Source of the DNA: Convolutriloba macropyga
Lineage: Eukaryota
Assembly (NCBI RefSeq): GCF_964194025.1
Contig: NC_134470.1
Location: forward strand, 13,020,001 to 13,084,000
Length of the DNA stretch: 64,000 nucleotides
Direction: 5' to 3'
This document shows, in pieces, positions 49,832-59,149 of this stretch (position 1 is the stretch's first letter; each line of letters opens with the position of its first letter). Below the pieces are notes generated by a model that was not told the origin of the DNA, ran no database searches, and was given only the letters and a program-made list of their open reading frames with translations. Made by a program: the position numbers and the translations under genes.

Positions 49832-51189
49832 GGGAAGAAGTCTGTTAAAGCATTTACGTAGTCATCGTCACCTTCAACGAAACTTATTTGATTTGGTTGT
49901 TGTTGAATATTGTTAGGTTTTGATTGTTTTTGTTGTAGAGAGTTGTTTCTATTTGGTGCATAGAAGCTAGAGCCTTGTTGTGGCTGGTGCTGTTGTTGTG
50001 GTGATGGTGATTATTGTTCAGGGTTTGGTTCATTATTTCTATATGTATTTTGCTGCGGGAAGGTTTGTTCGTGTGATTGAGTGAATCTGTTACCATAGTT
50101 GTTAAAGGAGGTATTTTGTTGTTGATAGTTAGGCTTGTTGAACCTAGGATTATAGTTTTGAGTAGCCACCTCTTGGTTGATAGCCTTGGTTTCTAGGACC
50201 ATTGAATCTTGTATTGCCTCGGTTATTCTTTCTATAATCATTAGAGAATGTTATATTTTGCTTTCTTGGTTCTGCTAGTTCCTTTCTCAGTTTATTAACA
50301 ATATCGTCAATCTGTTTCTTTGTACATCTAGAGATGGAATGACCATTACTTCTGCAATAATCATAGAATCTAGTACTGTTAGGTCTGCCTTTTATGTTCG
50401 GGTCTCTAGGCCTAGAAGTATCTATAGCATTTACTTCGTTGCTTTTGAAAAGGCTGGTTAAATCTATGATTTTGCTCTCAAGTGTTTTACGTTTATCTAG
50501 TCCTGTAGCTCCATTAGACTCTGTTGTTACAGAAAACGTTAAAAGTCTTTGACGACTAAGTGATCAACAAACTGTGTCCAAGTTTTTGAAGGATCCTCAA
50601 TAAGTTTCTCGTGCGCTTTGCGTTTTAAACCTTGTGGTCTTAGTCCTCTTATAGCAAAATCTATGTATTTCTGACTTCTCTGTCTTTGTTGGATTTCGTT
50701 CTCCTTTCTTATATTGTCATCACCTGCAATGCTTGTTGGTATCTTTTCTGGCCAACCTTTATCAATTCCACTCTTTATTCTATGTAGATAGTTCTTTATC
50801 AATTCTCCTTCCTGCCTGTATGTGTTCTCAACCTCAAGTTTAAATCTAAATTGGTCTTTACCGTCTGTGAATCTCTTTATAAATTCATCTTTTAAATTAT
50901 TCCAAGTTGTAGCATCTGTGACTTCACTTTCAAACCATTCTAGTGCTGTATCAGTTAAAAGTGAACTGAATAAGGATTGTTGCCTTTTATCATAGCTAGT
51001 TTGTGCAGCGTGCGTTGTAGGCCTAGTTCCTAATGAAAAGAGGATTTTATTTTCTACAGAGTTCCAAAAAGAAGTGGCATCCTGATTAGTATCATTGCCT
51101 GAAAAAGATACAAGTGAAAGATTTGGATGTGTTATGGGAGTTTCAGGTGGTGGGATACCGGGTGGGGTACTAGTACCACTAGTAGACAT
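49819..51189 (-). pseudogene. gag: gag (capsid region, degenerate CCHC knuckle, N/Q-rich tail)
   Basis: LTDTALEWF...TWNNLKDEFIKRF...RQEGELIKNY; FYDYCRSNGHSISRC; ends ...DFFPLNY*. Confidence 0.85.
49825..49834 (-). promoter_or_regulatory. Tandem -1 ribosomal frameshift slippery site C CCT TTA AAC at the gag-pol junction
   Basis: Two overlapping X XXY YYZ heptamers in gag phase, two codons before the gag stop. Confidence 0.7.
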
Positions 51190-51271
51190 TACTGAAAAGA
51201 CTGTTAAGATCAGAGGAACACTCTAAATTAAATTTTAATAATAAGCTTACGATTAAGGGAGAAGCCTTCTG

Positions 51272-51502
51272 ACTAGCTAAATTAGACAAGTTAAATTTTA
51301 GGGCCTCTCTAATAGTATAAATGAACAAGTTAAATTTAGGCAGGCTTCTCTTATAGTTTAAATGAACAAGATAAATTGAAATTGCCTCTTTATATTAAGT
51401 GAACAATTTAAATTGAATTAGCCTCTCTATATTAAGTGAACAAGTTAAATTGAATTCGCCTCTCTATATTAAGTGAACAAGTTAAATTGAATTCGCCTCT
51501 CT
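51272..51502 (-). repeat. About six tandem ~37-bp repeats in the retroelement leader
   Basis: Unit AGAGAGGCGAATTCAATTTAACTTGTTCACTTAATAT, degenerating towards gag. Confidence 0.85.
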
Positions 51503-51512
51503 GGGACCACCA
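51495..51512 (-). promoter_or_regulatory. Primer-binding site (tRNA identity uncertain)
   Basis: TGGTGGTCCCAGAGAGGC starting 2 nt after the LTR end. Confidence 0.7.
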
Positions 51513-51514
51513 TT

Positions 51515-52321
51515 TATACTGCTGGTCCGTACATTAGATACTTAAACGACGGGGTTAATCGCGGGACCACGTGTGTAACTTGAGAGTTCAACCCCTAGTT
51601 CTACTCTTGGTATATAGTTAAGTATTAAAGAAAGTTAAATGCAAATATGAGTTAATAAGTTATGTTAAACAGCATTAAATATGAACCGAGCATTAAGAGA
51701 TAGAATATTTAAAGTTATTAAGATAGATATAACACTAGTTAGCACAGATTGAGATATTCTAAGTTAACTTTAACTTAGATAGAATTTAAGAGATGTTATT
51801 TTCTAACTTAGAAAGTTTAACTGAACTTACCTGATTTCCAAAATTGTGCTAAGTTAATATTTTCTGATATAGAAAGTTCTTAGTTAAGAACCTGTCACAA
51901 AATATTCTAAGTTAAAAGCTATCTCAAGTAAGCTGAGATTTAAGCAAGGGAGCAATAGTAAGATTTAAATCAGAAGTTATCGGGGACCAAATTGTGCTGG
52001 TGGTGGAGCGTGCGAGCTCCTTTTATACCTGCGGACACGTGGTTCTCTAGTATCCTATTGGATAGAGATAGCAGTGTCGACAGAGTTACCATGGTTAAGT
52101 TGGTGTTCTCTATGTCGCGTGACAATATCACGTCATGGTATTCTCAGTTTAAGTTAGTGATCATAAAATAGTACCTTATTCAAAACTACTTAGTAATTTG
52201 TTCACACGTTAAAGTGGACTTTGTCCAATTCCAGTTTGTGCTTCACGCACTATAACGTAAAATCTTAAAATAGCACTAAGATTATCAAATGGTGTTACTG
52301 AGTGTAGCACACTTCAGTACA
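51515..52321 (-). repeat. 5' LTR (~807 bp)
   Basis: Termini TGTACTG...CAGTATA (6/7 inverted match), CCAAT at 52057-52061, TATAAAA at 52021-52027, followed by the PBS; no second copy to confirm it. Confidence 0.7.
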
Positions 52322-52323
52322 TA

Positions 52324-52968
52324 ATCATGGGCAGCTATAGGTTTATGTGATTTCTTTCATAAATAATAAGTGAATTTTTGGAGTTGACCCGTTCTCATGG
52401 TTCTTTCCGTCGCTCTCTCCCTTACTCTCAATGTGTGGGCTCATTCGTACTCTAATAAGGCAAAACCTAAGTTTTTTAACGCTTTCCATTCATCTCTAAC
52501 ATTTTCGGCAACTTTGAGTTGACAGGTTTTCAAAAGTTATCAACGATTTTTTTTTCATTTTGCACATTTGTTTTAATTCTCGATATGTGATCGTTCAATT
52601 CAACTAGTAGCAGCTCCCATTAGATTTGCGTGGAGTTGTAATTGATGCTTTGAATTTATAGCAATGAGTTTTAACAACTTCGACATGACAGTGTTTATCA
52701 TGACAATGTCTCTACGGCTACCATGAAAATGAGTTTCAAATAAATTATTCATATGTTTTGGATTCATCTTCAAAGGTTTTAGCAACTTAGACATTTTTTG
52801 ATCAAAATTTTGAGTTTTTCCAATTCTGCTGCTCCCTATAATCGTGGATCTTGTTATCTAGTCTCCTTACTAATCACAGCTGTTATAGGCTTTCTGATTC
52901 ATCAAAAATTGAGCTATTTCTGAGCTGAAGTTGTTAACTGATGTTTTTAGTTTGAGAGCAGTGACTTT
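52324..52968 (-). repeat. Diverged direct copy of 36505-37196 (ORF-B fragment)
   Basis: Collinear sequence with many substitutions and one ~50-bp indel. Confidence 0.9.
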
Positions 52969-53189
52969 CAAAACAAATTTTTTTTAAGTTTTAACCGTGC
53001 CTGATAATCGGTTTGGGTTACAGTGCCTCGCGCTTAGTGTTGACAGGTTTTATTGTTTCTTTCTATTGAGACTAAGTTGCGTCCAATTAATGTTTCCCGC
53101 TTGTAGCTAATAGTTTTTTCACTTTGAGACCATTAGTTTTTTTTCTTTTGATCTTTTTTTGTCTTTAAACATTTTTTTATGTAATTATC

Positions 53190-54985
53190 CTAATAAGTTT
53201 TCTAATAAATGAAATATATGAGGTATAAAGATCTGATTTTTAACAAAGTGTTTAAATGACTGTGAGAGCCTTTTTTCGAAACCTTTAGCGAAATCGAAAT
53301 TCGAAAAATTTCGTTGTCGTTTTTACTTCTTTTCTACAGAGGTGATGTTTACTGTCGGGTATCCCGTAGTGCTAACTTGTTCCTAATACTTTGTTTTAGT
53401 ATATACTCTGTTTGCTGTCGAAGGCTTTTCTTGTTTGTTTTTGCTTTGGTGTATGCTCTCTTGCCTTTCGAAGTCTGCTTGTCCGATGAACCTAATAATC
53501 AGATTTTGAATTTATAATTTAGTTCTTTGGATTGTAATTGAGGACTTTTCCTTTGTATTTTTTTTTCATGCTATCTCTGTATTTGTTTTTGTTCTTTTAT
53601 CTTGCTATCTCGTATCTTTCTCTCTCTCTCACTCTGGCCTTTTCTGGTCTTTCCCATTATAGCCCCCAGCTTACTGGTCACATAACCTATAGCCCCCCAA
53701 TCATGGTAATTCTACCATAATGGCGGGCTATAATGGGAAAGACCCGCCTTCGGTTGCTTTATTTTTTTGAGGCGTTTTTAAGTCCATATTTTCTCTCTCG
53801 ACAATTGAAACCTTTATACGGAAGTTTTATTCGTTAGCCATTAATTATCAGTTTGTTGAGATTTATCAGAGTTTTTGGCAAGTGTGAATGCTAAGATTTG
53901 CATCAAATTCTTTAGTTACCTCAAAATTAAAAATTTGTGCACAAGAAAATTTTGTGGTAAAATTGGCAACTGCATACTTCAAGCCTTGCTCGTAAAGTAG
54001 AATAACTGATGTCTAAACTGTTGATAATAGGGCAACATTTTCTAAATTTGGTCCTCTTTATTGTTGCTTCGTTTGATCCTTTTGCAGCGCGATCATGTAT
54101 TTGTACTAAACGCTTTTTTTTCTATTAATTTTCATAAGTTTTCTAATAAATGGTATGTTTGAGGTATAGAGATCTGATTTTTAATGAAGTGTTTGAATAT
54201 GAGAGCATTTTTTTCAAAACTGTTAGTAAAATCGAAATTCGAAAAAGTTCTGGTCTTTTTTACTTATTTTCTACAGAGGTGACGTTTGTTGTCTTGTATC
54301 CCATAGTGCAAACTTTTTCTTATTATTTTGTCTCAGTATATACTCTGTTTACTATCGAAAGCTGTTCTTGTTTTTGTTTGCTCTGGTGTATGCTCTCTTG
54401 CCTTTCGAAGTCTGCTTGTCCGATGAACCTTATACTCAGTTTTTGAATCTTCAATTTAGTTCTTTTTTTGCTGTGTTCTTTTTTCATGCTATCTTTGTGG
54501 CCATTTCTATTCTTTTTTCTTGCTATCTCTTTCTCTCCCGCTCTTTCCCTGGCCGTTTCGGGTCTTTCGCAATATAGCCCCCCCCAGCTTACTGGTCAGA
54601 TAACCAATAACCCTCACAGTCATGGTAATAATGCCTTAATGGGGGGGGGCTATTTTTTCATGGGGGGCTAAAATGGGAAAGTCTCGCTTTTCTTTTTTGC
54701 TTCATTTTTTCTGAGGCGTTTTTAATTCAGTCCATCTGTTCTCTCTCAACATTTGAAAACTTATTACGAAAGTTTCATTCGTTGCCAATTAATTATCAGT
54801 TTGTTGAGATTTATCAGAGTTTTTTGGCAAGTGTGAACGCTAAGATTTGCATCAAGTTCATCGGTTACCTCAAAATTAAAAATTTGCGCACAAGAAAATT
54901 TTGTGGTAATATTGGCAATTGCACACTTCAAGCCTTTTTCGTTAATTTGAATAACTGGTGTCTAAGTTGTTGATAATAGGGCAAA
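53190..54985. repeat. Old tandem duplication (two ~0.85-0.95-kb units), each containing a small MITE
   Basis: TAAGTTTTCTAATAAATG...GTTGATAATAGGGCAA occurs at ~53193-54035 and ~54135-54984. Confidence 0.8.
53646..53745. mobile_element. ~100-bp MITE-like element (further copies at 54560-54685 and 1-60)
   Basis: TIR GGTCTTTCCCATTATAGCCC / GGGCTATAATGGGAAAGACC. Confidence 0.7.
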
Positions 54986-55044
54986 CGTTTGTAAAATTGG
55001 GCCTTTTATCGGTACATAAACTTGCTTGTCTTGATCTAAAAAGA

Positions 55045-55117
55045 TGATGCCACCCAGGCTCGAACTGGGGACCTTCTGCGTGTTAGGCAGATGTGATAAC
55101 CACTACACCATGGCACC
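55045..55117 (-). tRNA. tRNA-Val (anticodon AAC)
   Basis: 73-nt cloverleaf: acceptor GGTGCCA/TGGCATC, anticodon arm TCTGC-CTAACAC-GCAGA, T-arm GTTCGA, followed by a T5 Pol III terminator. Confidence 0.95.
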
Positions 55118-56149
55118 TTGTTAATAGTTGGTGTTATGTTGCACGGATAGCTTGCTACTCTTGCAACTGTCTTTGAAGAGAAACAACATAAAGTTATATT
55201 AACATTTTTTATCGGAAAATTGAGTTTTACTTCCGCTATCGGTTTTCCTGTTTTAATTTTTCGGAAGGATAGAATTTTTAGTTGGCTGATATTTGCCAGA
55301 ATTTTTAGTTGGCTGATATTTGCCTCCATTTTGGGATACAAAACCATTGTCTCCTGGAGATCGCTTGAGATTTATGCCACTATACTTGCAAAGACATTTT
55401 ATTTTCGCTGAGGTTTGGGAAATCTGGAATGCTGGTTGGCTAGAACTTTTTTGTTATCTCTTTTCTAGAGATTTCTAGTTTATGATCAGACAGTTTTGCA
55501 TGTTTGTGCAATCAGATTTGTTTTGCCGACGCGTTTTACTCTTGGGATCTTTTCTCGAGTTCACAATTGCTTTGTTGCTTCAAAATTTTTACCTATTCGG
55601 CCATTTTTCATATATACCAATGTATAGTATAGAAACCGTAGAGTTGACCATTTAATCTTATCAATGCTCTCTATGTGTATAACTCCGGTTTTTGTTTTGT
55701 TTTTGACAGTGTTTAAAAATGTGAACTGTTAGGTAAATAGGTCTCAATTGTTGAATCAGACAGCTGTCTCCAGGTTAACTGTCTGCAATACTTACCACTT
55801 CATGAGGGTTCATGCTAACATGATTTTCTTCGTTTTTTGAGGTATTCGATTCTGGAAATCCATTCGTGCAGTACTTGTAGTCCAGCCTGCACTATTCTCG
55901 TGGTCAGAACCCTTTTGTTTCGTCAAAATCTTTCAATCTGTCCATTAGTTAGGGTCAATTAAATAATCGTTTTTGTGTGGATTTCGCTCAATTTAACTAT
56001 GTGCTCATTTTTTAAAGTCCAAGAAAAGTTTTCTTGCCATGGTCGTTCAGTTTTGGTTAAATTGTGTGTTTGAAGCTTTGAAATTTTATTTTTTAGGTTA
56101 TTTTTTGATGAGCAGTATAGACATATCTATGTACAGTTTATCAAGAAAT

Positions 56150-57700
56150 GGCTTTCTGAATGTTATCTGAAACGTATGTGTTTCTGGAATGTTCTGAAAG
56201 TTTGCGTTTTTAAGGAAATAGATTGTCGTAGGGGAATCGAATACCGGTGACCGCAGTGCTGGTCCGGAAGTCCTAACCGCCTGTATTGCAGGACCAAATA
56301 TTCCCAGGTAAAGGCGCAAGGCAAAATTTGTCGCTCTACCTAAGCCAGAGAAAGACCTCTCGTATAGACCGACGAGCTACCGCCCAAAATCACTTCTCTG
56401 CCACACACAATTTTTTTGGAGAATAATACTTCAGAGATTGGCTCCCGTCGTCGATCCCATGATGATTAAGAAGCAAGTGGACTTCAGAATAGGGAAATCA
56501 ACCTCAGTCCTGAATCTCATTCAGCCCATGGAAAACACACAAACTCTTGCTCTGGAAGCTCCACCAACTAGTCGGTGAAAGCTTTGTCGAGTTATACTTG
56601 AGCTGCTTACCAATTGCATGTTTTACGTAGTTCTAGACTGCCTGAAATTAAATGCGGCTGGCCGAAACAAAAGAAGCAACTATCACGGTAGTTTTCTAGC
56701 GACTCTGCTGTTGAATGTCTACACAATTGATCAACCTCTCACAAACGGATTTTATAATTTCTTTTTCGCTGATGGTCGGGCTATGGCCATCAAAGACTCA
56801 AGTGTCGAGAAAATTGAGCTGTGTGCCCTCAGTAAAATGAGCGACTACTACGGGCACAAAAACTTGAAACCAAGCCACAAAACAGGTTCCCTCTTGCTTC
56901 TAAAAATGACAAAACGAAAACTGCAAGTTATCTGGGAAGGGAACTCTGCTGACACATAAACCAGAATTCAAGTATATACGAGTGGTTCCGGGCCGAACAC
57001 GTAGTTACGAACGGCACTGTCACAACGTACGAAAGAAAGACTTAAGCCGAAATAATCTGCTACGTCTCTTCCAGCGACATTGAGCCGACCAGAGAACTCT
57101 GCTCACATTGTTCCCAAGCGTTGCCATGTCTGCGGCTGAGTAAGCTTTGGCAGTCTGGCATACATTTTCCCATGAACAGCAATTTGACATCAATGCGAAC
57201 GCGACAGTGAGTAGAATTACTGGTTGTCTGCAGACGGCAAAAGTACAGAATCTGTATAAGCTGGAGGGGATAGCTCCTCAAAATGAACGCGGGGAGGTAG
57301 CTGCAAGAGCAGAATGGCGCAAGCAACTGTCTGACCAGAGCCACTCAATGTTTGGCTAAATGCAGTACCGCTACAACTTCTACCGCTGCGCTGTTTCTCA
57401 TAACAGACTCGTCCTTTAAACGTCCTAATTGACCCATACCAAGACAAGATTTGGTAAATAGTTTCTGAGCTAGCTGTTAGGTGAGCACATCACCCCTCAC
57501 CAGGAGTTACCTGTTCACTATCACTTTCCCTGGAAGAAGTGTAAAGCTTTGAACATGCCTCGGGCGTTTGCTGGACGATGTCGCGCAACTCTCCACAAGT
57601 GGGTACGGGTTGGCAACTCTACATTCACTCTGCGTGGAAAAGAAGAAGATGTAGTGCACGTTTTCCAAAGCCAGAATGGTGCACTGTGGTACCAAAAAGC
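56150..57700 (+). mobile_element. Decayed non-LTR retrotransposon RT region (Ingi/Vingi-like)
   Basis: RKAKFVALPKPEKD...SYRPKSLLCHT; GSFLATLLLNVYTIDQP; FFADG; clade assignment tentative. Confidence 0.6.
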
Positions 57701-57808
57701 TACATGCACCTGAAGATTTTTTAAAGAGCACTACAAACGTCAAATATCACGTTTTCACTTCAAATTCGTTTTCTAATAACTCGTCATTACATGTTTACCT
57801 TTCAATGT

Positions 57809-58600
57809 CTAGCAGACGGTTTGTATAGTTTTCATACAGGTTTCTAATGACATATGGGTCAATTTTGTTTCAAATTTCTGACGTTTTTTCTGGTAAATTT
57901 TCCCAAAAAATTTCAATTTTCGCAGTTGCTGCTTCAAAATTGCCAATAAGTGTTTGATTGGATTTAGATCTGGACTATTTGTCGGCCATTCCAACACCTT
58001 CCACTGCTTCTCTTGGAAGAAATTGCCGACAATCTTTGATTTATTCGCAGGAGTATTATCGAAAAATACTGTCCTGAAAATGCATTTTTTTCTTCGTAAT
58101 TTTTTTAAATGTCCAGATAACCGGTCGCTTTTCGGTTGCTTGGACACTTAACACGGATATTCTGTCCATCTGATTGTATTGCAATGAGAATTAAATTTCT
58201 CTTAAAACTTCCTAAATTTCACACCATTTTTTTCCACGCCTGGGCGGAATTCATGCTTATGAAGCAGGAATCATGCTTTAAAAGCAGAAATGATGCTGTG
58301 TGTGTCCTTTTGGTACCATAGTATACTTCAAGGTTGTGTCCTTGATCACAGAAGTATCAGAAGCTGTCGTGAACTGTGTTTGAAGTCCTACATGTGGAGT
58401 GTGGACACGAAGAAGATATTCCAAAACATCAGTTTTCTCTAAATTTCTGGCAGAGTTATCATTTTGTTTTAGTTGTTCATTTTTTAGATTGCCTGACTTT
58501 TGACGCTTCGTATAAATGTATTCGCTTGTACGCAAAGAATGTTCCTGAGAAGCGGTGTTTTCCCATTTCACAATTTTTTAGAATTGAAACAGTTATTTTG
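57809..58600 (-). mobile_element. Tc1/mariner transposase remnant
   Basis: FFDNTPANKS...VLEWPTNSPDLNPIKHL (DDE C-terminal motif). Confidence 0.8.
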
Positions 58601-58805
58601 TGAATTGAACGTACGTTTCTCTCTGCTGTTTTTTTGTTTCGACAAACTGAATAAATTTTGATTTTTGAAAATTAAAAGTTCCCTGTTGGGCAGTCGATCT
58701 TTGGTTTCTAGTGTGACATTCTTACCGCGATATTTACTATTCCAATATACTAACTTACTGTTTTACCAAGAAGAGTCACCCAAAAGGTAATTAAGTTGTG
58801 TTCAG

Positions 58806-59051
58806 ATTGGTGTTGCATCATTGCAAGGCGGACGATGCAATCAACACCCTCCTGGGATACCTGCGACCCGGCGGGCTCTTTGTGATACAGGAGTTTGTTC
58901 ATGGCACCTGTGCATATTGGGGTGCTGGTGTAGTGTGTGAAGCTCTACATCAGATGGAACTCAACTCCATAACTGACATTCGCACTCATGTCCTGGGAGA
59001 AGGCAATGAAAGCCAATATGTACCTCCCGCCATGTACCACAACTTGCTCAG
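58806..59051 (+). CDS. His-rich class I methyltransferase, exon 2 (gene probably continues downstream)
   Basis: Phase-2 acceptor TTCAG|A restores FVRLVLHH; LRPGGLFVIQE; candidate donor CAG|GTTCAC. Confidence 0.8.
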
Positions 59052-59149
59052 GTTCACAGATTGCTAAATTTTGAGATCGTAGAGACAAATAAATATTTTT
59101 TTCGCGAAAATCAAGATTTATGGAACATCCTCTGGAAATTTAAAATGCA

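Larger units (their letters stand above)
36180..52321 (-). mobile_element. Decayed complex Ty3/Gypsy-type LTR element with env and accessory ORFs; 3' LTR absent
   Basis: LTR-PBS-gag-PR-RT-RNaseH-IN order (Gypsy type), followed by additional ORFs; many frameshifts and stops; lower boundary approximate. Confidence 0.9.

Noticed and set aside
51272-51502. 37-bp repeats resembling a CRISPR array
   Set aside because: Head-to-tail with no unique spacers, no cas genes, and a eukaryotic retroelement context.
36505-52968. Direct repeats 36505-37196 / 52324-52968 as the LTR pair
   Set aside because: They lack TG..CA ends, look protein-coding and do not abut the PBS; 51515-52321 fits the LTR better.
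55045-55117. Local tRNA-Val as the primer for the retroelement
   Set aside because: Its 3' end predicts TGGTGATGCCACCCAGG, which does not match TGGTGGTCCCAGAGAGG.
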